DNA of 64,000 bases, taken from an uncultured candidate division Zixibacteria bacterium. GTDB lineage: Bacteria > Zixibacteria > MSB-5A5 > GN15 > PGXB01. The notes beneath the pieces are model-generated. The model ran no database searches, was not told the DNA's origin, and saw nothing but the letters and a program-made list of their open reading frames with translations. The DNA lies in the NCBI GenBank assembly GCA_963702205.1, contig OY969724.1, positions 1,728,001-1,792,000 of the forward strand, given 5' to 3'. A program made the position numbers and the translations under genes. Of this stretch, positions 28,626 to 39,193 are shown piece by piece; the first letter of the stretch is position 1; each line of letters begins with the position of its first letter.

Positions 28626-31600
28626 ATGAAATACGGTGAACGTGTATTAAAGTTAGAAGACCCGGCAATGACCGGTGAGGACGTGCTGGACCTTCAACGC
28701 AAAATAGTCGCCTTCGGATCAAAGGACAAGGCTGTCCCGTGCGACGGCACTTTCGATGAGGTTACTGAGCATGCCGTAAAGAAATTTCAGGTAAGTTTCG
28801 GTTTAAAGGAAACTGGCGTGGCTGACGTCTGGGTTTTTTCCGCGTTGGATCAATGGGCGCGCGATATGAAACCCATTATGCAAAAGATTCTTGAGAAGTA
28901 TAAATGCGACCACAGTAATGTGACTGGCACATATAAAACACATTGCGACCAATTGTGGACCGACCGCGTTGAGGACGAAATCGACCTGGTCGGAGGCGTC
29001 GAAAAGGCCGGGAATGCACCCACCTGTGATGGTTTTGGAAGCAGCCTTTCGAGAGTGGCCCTAACTCATAGCAAGACGTGGAATTTCAAGCAATATGCCA
29101 ATTATACTGAAAATCCGGGGATTGACAAGACTCTGTTTTGGCTGCTTATGGGTACCATGCATATTTATGGTATAAACGATCTTCATATCACCAACGGTTA
29201 CCGCTGTAATTATAAGTATTGGCGGATCAACAAAGTAAATGGCAATGCCTCTCTGGCTAATCATACCGGACATGCGTGCGATTTTCGTATCCCGGGCAAC
29301 AATGTCTTTCGTCCCAACGGCAAAAAACTCACTGTCGTAACTAATTATGAAACGAAGAAAAAGCATTGCGGTGAAGTGCGCGATGATCTGGCCGAGCGGG
29401 GCGTGAAGGAGACTTTCAATTCTACGGTTAAAAATCGACCGCGGACCGAGCCGCGCGACGCCGCTCCGACCTGGATACATCTTGATACGACTGTTTATAA
29501 AAGCCATTTCTACGTAAAATCCGTGGATGATGCCCTGGCTCCGTTCGCGGAGACAATAAAACTCCCTATAGAAATAGGGGGATCACTTGTGGCCACTCCG
29601 GCATCATTGCAATTGGGCCATCATCATGTCGAAAAGGAATATGCCGGTGGCTATTTCCCGATCGGGGCCAATACCCTCTGGCACGGAGGAGTCCATTTGA
29701 GAACCGGCGTAGGTTCGCTGGTCTATTCCTTTATGGCAGGTATTATTGTTGCTGCACGCCTTTGCGACGATCTGCTGCGGACAAATGTTGCTTATGGCAG
29801 CCAGGATTTTATTCTCGTGAAGCACCAGTTGGGTGAAAAATTTTTCTATTCACTCTATATGCACCTTGGATATAAGGATCACGACCCGGAAGTTAAATTT
29901 ATAAAAAAAATCGACTGGTTAAACCGAAATGTAACCGGATATCGTGTAAAAGCAAACAAAAGCCTGAAGTACAGATCTGTCCCGACTGCCAGGGACAATG
30001 ATCATCTGGGGATTCTGAATGGCGGTCAGGAAGTTGGCTTGCTGGAGTTCACCGATTCTCCGCCGTGGGCCAGGGTCAAATTGCCGAATGGCAAGAGCGC
30101 ATATATCTATGCATCGTATGCGCTGGTCGATGAAATCAAGGAACAATCAAAGAATATCCTAAAAAAGCTGGCATCGAACAAAATCATTAAACTCAATATC
30201 CCTGTCAAGGCGGGCGAGTTGCTTTGGGCTTCAGGTTATTATGGTTCGCCCGGCCATCAAACCGGATTGATGCATTGGGAGATTTTTTCCGAAGAATATT
30301 TATTCGAAAAGGCTGAAAAGGAAGAAATCTCTAACGGCGGCGGTTCTGCCGGAGCGCTTACTCGCCAAATTCTGATAAAGAAAGTGAATGGACCGACCAG
30401 CGGCAATGTCGGCAGGATTTTGCAGTATAAAGTAACAGAATTTAATGTGTCCGATCCATCCGATAGCGAGAAAAAGCACGTAAACTGGAAAGTGGAACTC
30501 AACGGAAAAACGCTGGCGGATTTTGGTAAGCATGGCGACACGTTAAAATACAAGATTCCCCCGGACGCAGCAGGTGAATCTATCTTGGTTATGCCATACA
30601 TGAACAGCCCGACTCCGAAAATAAGTGTCCGGACGGTGATAACGCCCCGCATACCTGTCGAGTGGGAGCAGGTGGAGGACAATGATTCCGATTTCAACGT
30701 AGATTCGAAGAGTATTCTTGATCTTTTCGGAAAAGAGCTGCTCGGGACTGATCAAGTGCTGGATACGTCCGAATTGAAACAATATTACGCCGAAAACAAA
30801 GATGGCAATGTTGAAAAACTGCGAAGTTATGCCTGTAAATTCGTCAGTGAATGGGGCGTTCCCGATATTTCCGCCGCCATCGATAAAATCACCGGCTTGG
30901 GTTATTTCAATACGATAGGGTTAAAACATCGATTGGAACCTTATGTCTGGTGGAAGCAGGCCACTGATGCTGAAGTTGATCTGCCCGATTCAGCCGACGT
31001 CTGGCATTACAACCCGCTTAGATTCTCAGAAAATTTCATCACCGGGAAGGAATCTGGCCGAATTACCAATCCATACGATCTTAGCCCTCATCAGGAAGAA
31101 GTAGAAACTTTCATCTCGAAAAATGGCATCATTCCCCGAGAAGAATGGGGTAAGCTGACGCCCCGCTACAGCAAAATAAAACCGGATTGGGGTTACAATT
31201 GTATTGTAATACACCATGCCGGCGACAGGCTGAAATCAATCGATGACCCGACTCCACTCGATATTGAAGAATTACATATGAAAACCCGGGGGTTTGATGA
31301 CGTCGGTTATCATTTCATGGTGGACCTGAAGGGAGAGACGGCTTACGAAGGCCGCAAATTGTTTTTACAGGGCGCTTACACGGTCACTAATGAGATCAGC
31401 ACTCACAAGATAGGAATTCTGGCGCTCGGTGATTTCCAGCATCAATTCTGGGACCCGGTTGACAATATCCCTGCCGATGAGCAAATCAAGGCCATAGTCG
31501 ATCTGGTGCTGGATCTTAAGGGGATGTTTACCGGATTGCAATACTTGGGCGGTCATCGTGACTGGGATAATGCCACCGTCTGCCCGGGAGATGAATTGTA

Positions 31601-31664
31601 TAAACATTTAGACCATATCAGAAATGAGACGGGTTTAAAAAAACCGAATGTCAATAAGGATTAG
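28626..31664 (+). CDS. Multidomain peptidoglycan-degrading T6SS effector candidate (PGBD + M15-like + M23-like/SH3 + amidase_2)
   Basis: PGBD DGTFDEVTEHAVKKFQ; GYRC..NHTGHACD..WIHLD; WHGGVH..YSLYMHL..MHWEIFS; IIPREEWG..VIHHAG..VGYHF..GHRD...CPG. Confidence 0.8.
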   Translation: MKYGERVLKLEDPAMTGEDVLDLQRKIVAFGSKDKAVPCDGTFDEVTEHAVKKFQVSFGLKETGVADVWVFSALDQWARDMKPIMQKILEKYKCDHSNVTGTYKTHCDQLWTDRVEDEIDLVGGVEKAGNAPTCDGFGSSLSRVALTHSKTWNFKQYANYTENPGIDKTLFWLLMGTMHIYGINDLHITNGYRCNYKYWRINKVNGNASLANHTGHACDFRIPGNNVFRPNGKKLTVVTNYETKKKHCGEVRDDLAERGVKETFNSTVKNRPRTEPRDAAPTWIHLDTTVYKSHFYVKSVDDALAPFAETIKLPIEIGGSLVATPASLQLGHHHVEKEYAGGYFPIGANTLWHGGVHLRTGVGSLVYSFMAGIIVAARLCDDLLRTNVAYGSQDFILVKHQLGEKFFYSLYMHLGYKDHDPEVKFIKKIDWLNRNVTGYRVKANKSLKYRSVPTARDNDHLGILNGGQEVGLLEFTDSPPWARVKLPNGKSAYIYASYALVDEIKEQSKNILKKLASNKIIKLNIPVKAGELLWASGYYGSPGHQTGLMHWEIFSEEYLFEKAEKEEISNGGGSAGALTRQILIKKVNGPTSGNVGRILQYKVTEFNVSDPSDSEKKHVNWKVELNGKTLADFGKHGDTLKYKIPPDAAGESILVMPYMNSPTPKISVRTVITPRIPVEWEQVEDNDSDFNVDSKSILDLFGKELLGTDQVLDTSELKQYYAENKDGNVEKLRSYACKFVSEWGVPDISAAIDKITGLGYFNTIGLKHRLEPYVWWKQATDAEVDLPDSADVWHYNPLRFSENFITGKESGRITNPYDLSPHQEEVETFISKNGIIPREEWGKLTPRYSKIKPDWGYNCIVIHHAGDRLKSIDDPTPLDIEELHMKTRGFDDVGYHFMVDLKGETAYEGRKLFLQGAYTVTNEISTHKIGILALGDFQHQFWDPVDNIPADEQIKAIVDLVLDLKGMFTGLQYLGGHRDWDNATVCPGDELYKHLDHIRNETGLKKPNVNKD

Positions 31665-31995
31665 CATAAATATCGCTCTGATATTGCTGGCGGCGGCGTT
31701 TTTTTGGGTGAAATTATACTGCCTTGAAGTTGTTTATCCGGAAGTGCCCATGAGCGTATTGGTTATGAAGAATTCGCCGTCGTTTACGAGCTACGTCCAA
31801 TCTGACGATATTGACGCCTATGGAGATTTGCTCATCCGGGCTGGCGATGGCAGCTATCCGGGTGATTTTTTATACCATGCGATTGCCGGATTCCTCTGGC
31901 TTGTAATGCCGCTGATGATAATTATTATCAATGTATTGTGGTATTTGGACCGGCGCCATCAAAAGGTGCAAATTCAGATAGGAAAAAACGCTTGA
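31648..31995 (+). CDS. Small two-TM membrane protein, candidate immunity protein
   Basis: Two hydrophobic helices; overlaps the effector stop. Confidence 0.6.
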   Translation: MSIRISINIALILLAAAFFWVKLYCLEVVYPEVPMSVLVMKNSPSFTSYVQSDDIDAYGDLLIRAGDGSYPGDFLYHAIAGFLWLVMPLMIIIINVLWYLDRRHQKVQIQIGKNA

Positions 31996-32110
31996 CTCTG
32001 ATGCGCAGCAATTTTATTTTTCATGGATTAAGCAATTGCCGTCCGCGATTTTGATTCAACTGAGTAGGTCTGCAAACAAGCAACGCTAACAGGGAGTAAA
32101 ATAGAATATT

Positions 32111-33583
32111 ATGGACATTGCCAATTATTCATCCGATTCCCGGGCGGTTATCAAGGTTGCCCGCGAAGTGGCGACGACCTTTCGACATCCTGAAATCGAC
32201 GTCGAACACATGCTTATTGCCGTGATCAGGCAGGAAGGAACCGAGGTCGAATCGATTCTGAATCAGGTCGATAAAAGCCCGGCCTTCATCGAGCATATCG
32301 TCGAAACCTACCTGAAAGATCAATCTTCGCGCTCCAAAGCGAGGGATAACCTGACCATTTCTCCGGGTGTGGAAGAAGTCCTGACGCAGGCGATCGAAGA
32401 AAAGACCCGTCTTTACGATCCGCTGGTCGAGCCGGAACATATATTTATTGCCATTTTCGATCCCAAATCAAAACTGGCGCCATACGTTCGTGATAAGATC
32501 GACCTGACCAAAGAGGGCATTTACAAGGCTATCGCCGAATCCAAATCGGTCGAAGAAATCACGGCCGCGGCGGAGAAGAAAAAGGCCGCCGGTGATACTG
32601 ATACGGATGAGAAACCATCGCGCGAAGTGGCCGGATCACTTAGATATTGTATCGACTTGACTAATCAGGCCGCGGCCGGGCAGTTCGATCCCTGTATCGG
32701 GCGCGATCGTGAAATACAGCAAACCATCCAGATTTTGCTTCGTCGCCGCAAAAACTCGCCGGTCCTGGTCGGCGGGGCGGGGGTCGGCAAGACGGCTATC
32801 GTCGAGGGCTTTTCAATGGCCGTCATAAATAAAAAAGTGCCCAAATCGCTGCAGGACGTGCGTGTTCTTGAAGTCGATATGGGGGCCATGGTGGCCGGGG
32901 CCAAATACAAGGGTGAATTCGAGGAACGGTTTAAAGCCTTGATCGGTGAAGTCGTCAAAAGCGGCGGCAAGGTTATTTTGTTCATAGATGAAATTCATAC
33001 GATTACCGGCGCCGGGTCCACCGGCGGCGGAATGGATGCCGCCAATTTGATAAAGCCCGCTCTGGCGCGGGGGCAGTTGAGGCTTATCGGGGCCACGACG
33101 GAAGAAGAATATATAAAATATCTCGAAAAAGACAAAGCGCTGGACCGTCGTTTCGAGAAAGTCAAGATCGAGGAGCCCAGTTATGAATCGTGTGTACGGA
33201 TTGTCAAAGGCGTAGCTCCCAAGTACGAAGAGCATCACAAGATAAAATTCACCGAAGACGCTATTGCCGGATCGGTCAAATTTGCGATTCGATATTTAAG
33301 CGAGCGCAACTTGCCGGACGTCGCTCTCGACGTGGTCGATGAGGCGGCGTCTCAGTTCGCGACCAAAAAAGAATACACCGAAGCGAACTTTCAGGTGGTC
33401 GAAGAGCATATAAAAGAAATGGAGAAACTTCTGGCCGATTGCGAGGGCAAAGACCCCGAAAAGGATAAAGAAATTTTCGGAAAGCTTTATGACCGGTATG
33501 ATGCTTTTTCGCTCGGAATGGATATGTTGGATGAATACTGGGGCTACCGCGTAGAAACCTCGACCAAAGGGGGCAGGGAATGA
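32111..33583 (+). CDS. tssH: T6SS ClpV/TssH-like AAA+ ATPase, N-terminal half (Clp-N plus NBD1)
   Basis: EHMLIA/EHIFIA Clp-N repeats, [38 protein letters not shown]. Confidence 0.85.
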   Translation: MDIANYSSDSRAVIKVAREVATTFRHPEIDVEHMLIAVIRQEGTEVESILNQVDKSPAFIEHIVETYLKDQSSRSKARDNLTISPGVEEVLTQAIEEKTRLYDPLVEPEHIFIAIFDPKSKLAPYVRDKIDLTKEGIYKAIAESKSVEEITAAAEKKKAAGDTDTDEKPSREVAGSLRYCIDLTNQAAAGQFDPCIGRDREIQQTIQILLRRRKNSPVLVGGAGVGKTAIVEGFSMAVINKKVPKSLQDVRVLEVDMGAMVAGAKYKGEFEERFKALIGEVVKSGGKVILFIDEIHTITGAGSTGGGMDAANLIKPALARGQLRLIGATTEEEYIKYLEKDKALDRRFEKVKIEEPSYESCVRIVKGVAPKYEEHHKIKFTEDAIAGSVKFAIRYLSERNLPDVALDVVDEAASQFATKKEYTEANFQVVEEHIKEMEKLLADCEGKDPEKDKEIFGKLYDRYDAFSLGMDMLDEYWGYRVETSTKGGRE

Positions 33584-34674
33584 TGGACCGACCCAATTTC
33601 GATGATATAAAGAACGATTTCGCGGAATATAAAAGCAAGTTCGACGCGATTAAAGACGTCGTTGCGAATGTCCAGCCGATAATCGACGATGCCGATATCG
33701 CCTCGGTCATTGCCCGTCGCACCGGTATTCCGGTTTCGAAGATGATGACCGCCGAAAAAGACCGGCTCATACACATGGAAGAATTTCTGTCCAAAAAAAT
33801 TGTCGGTCAGGAAAAAGCCATAAAGGCGATCGCCAACGCCGTGCGCAAATCGCGGGCGGGTCTTAAGCTGGCCAACCGGCCGATGGGTTCGTTCCTGTTT
33901 CTGGGACCGACCGGTACCGGAAAAACCTATCTGCCGAAACTTCTGGCGGAATTTCTGTTCGACGACAAGAATGCTATGGTGCGTCTGGATATGTCCGAAT
34001 TCATGGAGCCGCATTCGGTGGCGAAGATGATCGGTGCGCCTCCGGGGTATGTCGGTTACGAAGCGGGCGGGCTTTTAACGGAAGCCGTCCGACGCAAACC
34101 GTTTTCGATAATTTTATTCGATGAGGTCGAAAAAGCCCACCCCGACGTTTTCAACGTCCTGTTGCAATTGCTCGACGACGGCCGCCTGACCGACGGACAG
34201 GGACGCACGGTCGATTTTTCCAATACCATGGTGGTACTGACTTCCAATTATGCCGCCGACAAAATTCTTGATGCCGACCGGGAAGGACGCGACGTCAATA
34301 TGGAAGAGGTTCGGTCGTTTATATTTACTAAATTCCGACCGGAATTTCTTAACCGTCTCAACGATATTATCGTATATCATTCATTCACCCAGGAACAGGT
34401 CGAAGTGATTGCCGGTCTTGAGTTCAAGGGTGTTATTGCCATGCTAAAAGACCAGAATATCGGGGCGGAATTAAGTGATGCCGCCCGGAAAAAAATCGGC
34501 GCCGACGGTTATACTATTGAGCTGGGAGCACGCCCAATACAGCGGACCATCGAACGCGATATTGTAAATAAGTTGTCGGTTGATATCATTACCGGACAGG
34601 TTAAGTCCGGTGATAAAGTATCGATCGACGTTGAAAACGATGCCTATACATTTAACGTTATCGGGAAAAAGTAA
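33580..34674 (+). CDS. tssH: T6SS ClpV/TssH-like AAA+ ATPase, C-terminal half (NBD2)
   Basis: RTGIPV, IVGQE, GPTGTGKT, LFDEVEKAHPDV, FRPEFLNR, GARPIQR; ATGA overlap with the N-half. Confidence 0.85.
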   Translation: MMDRPNFDDIKNDFAEYKSKFDAIKDVVANVQPIIDDADIASVIARRTGIPVSKMMTAEKDRLIHMEEFLSKKIVGQEKAIKAIANAVRKSRAGLKLANRPMGSFLFLGPTGTGKTYLPKLLAEFLFDDKNAMVRLDMSEFMEPHSVAKMIGAPPGYVGYEAGGLLTEAVRRKPFSIILFDEVEKAHPDVFNVLLQLLDDGRLTDGQGRTVDFSNTMVVLTSNYAADKILDADREGRDVNMEEVRSFIFTKFRPEFLNRLNDIIVYHSFTQEQVEVIAGLEFKGVIAMLKDQNIGAELSDAARKKIGADGYTIELGARPIQRTIERDIVNKLSVDIITGQVKSGDKVSIDVENDAYTFNVIGKK

Positions 34675-34704
34675 ACAAACAATATAAACTCCAGGGAGGA
34701 TTAC

Positions 34705-35145
34705 ATGGCGAAATTTATCCTCGGTGCGACAGAAAAGGTAAAACGGGACGATTCGATCCCGGTCGAGCTTTTGCCTTCGAACAAGCTGTTGTACGCCGCC
34801 AAACTGAATAACGAAGAAGATGCCGACGTCACGCCGGTCCGTTGCAGCAATCTCAAGGATGTATTCGAGAAATTCCGGCCGTCGTTCGACGTCGAGCTTG
34901 ATTCGACGGAAGGTGAACCGGTTAACGCTGAGTTCGAAATCAAGGCCATGAAGGATTTCACGTCCAAGGAACTGATCGAGAAAAACGACTACCTTTCATC
35001 GGTGTATTACGGTAAAGAAATTCTGTCCGATCTCGACAAACAGTTAAAGAAAAACAACGCCCTTATCAAGACGCTTAACGACAAAGAAAAGAAAGAAGCG
35101 TTGTTGAAAGTGGCCAATTATTACATTGACCTTCTGACCGAATAA
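34705..35145 (+). CDS. tssB: T6SS contractile sheath small subunit, Bacteroidota type
   Basis: LPSNKLL..KL...VFEKFRPSFDVE...F...KDF...KQLKKN pattern recalls Bacteroidota TssB; position before tssC. Confidence 0.8.
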   Translation: MAKFILGATEKVKRDDSIPVELLPSNKLLYAAKLNNEEDADVTPVRCSNLKDVFEKFRPSFDVELDSTEGEPVNAEFEIKAMKDFTSKELIEKNDYLSSVYYGKEILSDLDKQLKKNNALIKTLNDKEKKEALLKVANYYIDLLTE

Positions 35146-35162
35146 AAGTGAGGTTTTGATAA

Positions 35163-36594
35163 ATGGGTGAAGAAGAAAAACAATTGCAGCCGGAACAGGC
35201 TCCTGCCGCAGAAGCGCAGGCCGCAGAGCCCAAGGTTGCCGAGAAGATATCGGATGAAGAATTTGCGTCCCTTATGGGCGATACTTTCGGTGATTTTAAA
35301 AAACTGGCGTCGCTTCTGCCGTCATTCAAGACCAGTGACGGAGATCTCGTGCGCGGTGTCGAATGGCTCGACCCCAAAAAGGACTTTCAGCGCAAGGAAT
35401 TTTTGACCAAGGGCGAATACGCCAAGCAGCGTCAATTGCTGGGTCAGAGACTTAAAATGTGGGTGGAAAGCTTGTCCAGGAGCAACAATCTGGATGAAGT
35501 TCGCAAGGCGATCAATGCCGACGCCACCAAGCTCGAAACCAATCTCGAAAAGAACATGAAGAAAGTCCACCGGTCCAGCCGGGAAATAGAAACGACTTAT
35601 CGGGCTATTGACAAGTTTTTTGCCAATGCTCAACAGGAACCGGATGAAAAGGTTAACGCCTATTTCGCCAACGTCGGTATTGACCGTCTGACCGACCCGG
35701 ACGACAAAGAAAAATTCGAGGAGTTATGCAAATCGGTGGCTGATCTTTATCGCGAATGGAGTGTCAAGGAATGTTTCTCCATGGCGGTCATCCCCGGCTA
35801 TATGGGAAGTGTCGAAAATATCGATAATTTCGCCCGTCAGCTCGGGTTTGCGAACAAGCTGCATATCATGACCGATCTGCCTAATTTCGAATCCTATGAA
35901 GAAGTCATGGAAATGCTGGAAGACCCCAACTACGCCAACCTGATGGGTTCGGATGCATACAAGCAGTACGTTTCGGTGTTCGCCAATTACGTGCAGGCGC
36001 GTACAGGCCAATCAGTTCGAAGACGAAGATATGTGGGTCCCGCCGTCATCGGTCGTGGCCGGTTTGATGTACAAGGGTGACACGACCGTCGGAATGCAGC
36101 AGCCCTCGGCCGGTTTCAAGTACGGCAAAGTGGGCGATGCCAAGTACATCCGGTTCAAAGCCAATCAGCCCGACGCCAGCAAGATCAATGAAAAAGGCGT
36201 CAACCCGATGGTCAGCTTCGAAGGTTCGGCCGTATCGATGGGCGCCGCGACTCTTTATAACAAAGAGACGTTTAACGTCTATTCGATTCGCCGGACGTAC
36301 GATTACGTCTACAAGACGTTGCGCAATTACCTGAACAAGCAGACGTTTTCGGTCATCGATCAGAAATTCATCGACACCATGCGTAAAGACATCGATAAAT
36401 TCATGAAGGCCATTTCCGGCGGCGACAATATCCTGCAGGATTACAAAGTCGAGATTTTTGCCGACGATGAAATGCGCAAACGCCAGGAAGTCGACATCAG
36501 GGTGGCACTGAATCCGAAGTACCCGGCCCGGACTTTCAATATCGAGTTCACGGCCTGGAATGAAGAAAACCAGACAAGCGTCAAAGATAAGTAA
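35163..36594 (+). pseudogene. tssC: T6SS sheath large subunit (DUF5458-like), frameshifted near 36003-36007; real lesion or sequencing error
   Basis: Frame 3 ...AVIPGYMG...FANYVQAR joins frame 1 ANQFEDEDMWVPPSSVVAGLMY...QPSAGFKYG; removing 1 nt gives 476 aa. Confidence 0.82.
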
Positions 36595-36641
36595 ACGAAT
36601 AACTAATAACCGTATAACCAATTCATTAAGGGAGAAACGCA

Positions 36642-37046
36642 ATGGCACGGAGACCAGTTTTGGAAATCGACGGCGTTGTGTACAAGAACGTCTACCACGT
36701 CTCTTACCAGCTCTATACCGCCAAGGATGAAACGGGCCGTCCATCGGATCGTGCTCACGCCGGAACCGTCAAGATTATCCGTGAATCCGACGAAAACACG
36801 GACATCTATCGCTGGGCTACCGATTCCAGTAAACCCAACTGGAAAGCCGGTAAGGTGCAGTTCAAGACCCCGGATGATTCCGCGATGAAAGAATTGGCCT
36901 GGGAAGATGGCTTTATAACGGCCTATAAAGAAACAATTCCCCATGTCAAGAACAACCCGGACGATCAGGTTTTCGAGGAATTCGAAATTTCCTGTCATAA
37001 ACTTACGGTCGGCGGCGTTGAACTGGATAATCGCTGGGAAGAATAA
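36642..37046 (+). CDS. tssD: Hcp/TssD tube protein, Bacteroidota type
   Basis: LEIDG...SY......DETGRPS....GTVKIIRES...W......KAGKVQF pattern; 134 aa between tssC and vgrG. Confidence 0.88.
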   Translation: MARRPVLEIDGVVYKNVYHVSYQLYTAKDETGRPSDRAHAGTVKIIRESDENTDIYRWATDSSKPNWKAGKVQFKTPDDSAMKELAWEDGFITAYKETIPHVKNNPDDQVFEEFEISCHKLTVGGVELDNRWEE

Positions 37047-37061
37047 CCCTGCGTTGAAATT

Positions 37062-37087
37062 CGGGACGGGGTCTTCGCCTCGTCCCG
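37062..37087 (+). terminator. Hairpin after hcp (partial terminator or mRNA stabiliser)
   Basis: CGGGACGGGG-loop-CCTCGTCCCG without a U tract. Confidence 0.5.
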
Positions 37088-37119
37088 TTAATTTGCCATA
37101 ATAAGAACGGATTATAGCC

Positions 37120-38805
37120 ATGAGTATCGCGGGAACCTCGGCGGATTGCACCATCCTGGTTGATGGTAAGCAACTCACTTACGATGTATCCAATATCGAA
37201 CTGGATCAGTACATTGACAAGCATCACGAATTGAAAATAAAAATTCGCGACGTCGGGGTCGTATCCGCGGCAGAGGACATTGAAGACCCGACGCCGTATA
37301 TGGATTTCCTGGGCAAATCCATTTCGGTCAAGATCAAGCCGACCGGCCGTGACCTCGATGAAAAGCTGGAAATGGAATTTGTCGGCATAGTGACCGGAGT
37401 GAACGTAATAAACGGCGTCAACGGTATTAATATTTACGAATTACAGGCGGCCAGCCCGACCATCGGCATGGACGGCGCCAAAGTCAATTCGTTCCACTTC
37501 GATCAAAGCGCCAGCGACATCATAAGTTCCATTGTCGGATCGTACCCCATGACCATGGGCAACGTGGACAGCACTCCCGGAACGTACAAGTACAGTGTGC
37601 AGTATCACGAGACGGATTATGAATACGTGATGCGTCTGGCCACGTCGAAAGGCCTGTTCGCCTTCTACGACGGCAAGGAATTCCGTGCCGTCAAGGCTTC
37701 GAGTGCCGACGTTGTGGACCTCGCCTGGCGCAATACATTAAGATCATTCAATTTCAATTTGGGGACGGCTCCCTATAATTTTACGGCAGCCGTCTTTAAT
37801 TACGAGCAGTCCAAGACGTTTTCATCGGACAGCAAATCACTGCGATCAGATGCGGCCCTGTCGGATACGTCGAACAAGGCGCCGGAAGCGTCGAAAAAAG
37901 TTTATGCCAAATCCTCGGCCAAGATAGTAACGGCGGTGGCCGCGACCGGGGACCTGGACAATATTTTAAAACAGGAAAAGCAAAACGCCATAGGCAGGAT
38001 GATTCGGTGTACCGGCGAATCGATCGTTCCCAGGATCGCCGTCGGGCATTGCGTAAACGTTTCGGGTATGGGTAAAATAGACGGCAATTACTGGGTAACC
38101 AAGGTAAGTCATCGGTTCGACGAAGCCGGGCAATACTATAATAATTTCGATTGTGTCCCTCTCGATACCGCCGCCCCGACGTACCCGATCAAAAGAAAAT
38201 CCGGCACCATGCTCCAGACGGCCATTGTCGTCGATAATAACGACCCGGAAGGACTGGGGCGGGTCAAGGTGAAGTACCCCTGGCTGGATTCCGATGAATC
38301 GGACTGGGTTCGCGTGGGTACACCCCATGCCGGCGGCGGCCGGGGCTGGATAAGTACACCGGAAATCGACGATGAAGTGCTGGTGGGGTTCGAGCACGGC
38401 AACCCGGACGAGCCGGTCGTGATAAATTCGCTGTACAATAAAAACAGCGCGCCGCATCCGGATTATAAGGATGACAAAAATAATATTAAGCTGTTCGCTA
38501 CCCGGGGCGGTAATGGAATTATTATCAACGACACCGATGGATCGCAGTCGATCACCATTGCCCAGGGCGACAACTCCATCGTGCTGACACTGGACGGACC
38601 GAAAATATCGATACAGAGCGCGGGAGGCGACATTTCCTTCAAATCCAACAATTTCAAAATCGAAGCTGACAGCGACATAGAACTGAAAGCCGGAAGCAAT
38701 CTGAAACTGGAAGGCAGCGCCAACGCGGAATACAAGGCCGGTGCGGAAAATAAAATTTCCGGAGCCAAGGTGACTGTCAGCGGCAACCCTATCGCTCTCA
38801 ATTAA
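37120..38805 (+). CDS. vgrG: VgrG spike protein
   Basis: VQYHETDYEYVMRLA, AIVVDNNDPEGLGRVKVKYPW, PEIDDEVLVGFEHGNPDEP..SLYN; gp5-like beta-helix C-terminus. Confidence 0.92.
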   Translation: MSIAGTSADCTILVDGKQLTYDVSNIELDQYIDKHHELKIKIRDVGVVSAAEDIEDPTPYMDFLGKSISVKIKPTGRDLDEKLEMEFVGIVTGVNVINGVNGINIYELQAASPTIGMDGAKVNSFHFDQSASDIISSIVGSYPMTMGNVDSTPGTYKYSVQYHETDYEYVMRLATSKGLFAFYDGKEFRAVKASSADVVDLAWRNTLRSFNFNLGTAPYNFTAAVFNYEQSKTFSSDSKSLRSDAALSDTSNKAPEASKKVYAKSSAKIVTAVAATGDLDNILKQEKQNAIGRMIRCTGESIVPRIAVGHCVNVSGMGKIDGNYWVTKVSHRFDEAGQYYNNFDCVPLDTAAPTYPIKRKSGTMLQTAIVVDNNDPEGLGRVKVKYPWLDSDESDWVRVGTPHAGGGRGWISTPEIDDEVLVGFEHGNPDEPVVINSLYNKNSAPHPDYKDDKNNIKLFATRGGNGIIINDTDGSQSITIAQGDNSIVLTLDGPKISIQSAGGDISFKSNNFKIEADSDIELKAGSNLKLEGSANAEYKAGAENKISGAKVTVSGNPIALN

Positions 38806-38811
38806 TCGGCT

Positions 38812-39186
38812 ATGGAGTATTTAGCGCTGCCATTGGTGTTACGCGACGGATACTTCCGCCTGGCATCTATACACGATTCGATTTCCTTTGCAATCGCTTT
38901 GATACTGAGTACCCATCCGGGGCAGATGCCGTTCGATCCCGAATTCGGCTGTGCCATCTGGAACAAGGAGTACTCCGACATATATTCCTCCGATAAAGCC
39001 GAAATACGCGCCAGCCTGCGCAACGCCATCGGTAAGTACGAAAAACGATTGTACGATGTATCCGTCAATTTCTCCATCGCCGATCGCAAAGCGGTCAAGA
39101 ACTTGGGAATAATCGTCAAAGTTTCCGGTCTTTACATGGACGGAAAAGAAGAACAAAAGTTTGAAGCCAGTTATAACCTGGGATAA
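38812..39186 (+). CDS. tssE: GPW/gp25 family baseplate protein
   Basis: LILSTHPGQMPFDPEFGCAIW, AIGKYEKRL. Confidence 0.88.
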   Translation: MEYLALPLVLRDGYFRLASIHDSISFAIALILSTHPGQMPFDPEFGCAIWNKEYSDIYSSDKAEIRASLRNAIGKYEKRLYDVSVNFSIADRKAVKNLGIIVKVSGLYMDGKEEQKFEASYNLG

Positions 39187-39193
39187 ATCAACT

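Noticed and set aside
32111..34674. Housekeeping clpB/clpC
   Set aside because: Directly upstream of tssB/tssC in the T6SS operon and lacks the long ClpB coiled coil; treated as TssH, though phylogeny is needed
35953..36002. Independent start for the 213-aa ORF (likewise 42978 for the 112-aa ORF)
   Set aside because: Leading residues are out-of-frame sequence; these ORFs are the C-terminal parts of frameshifted tssC and tssK
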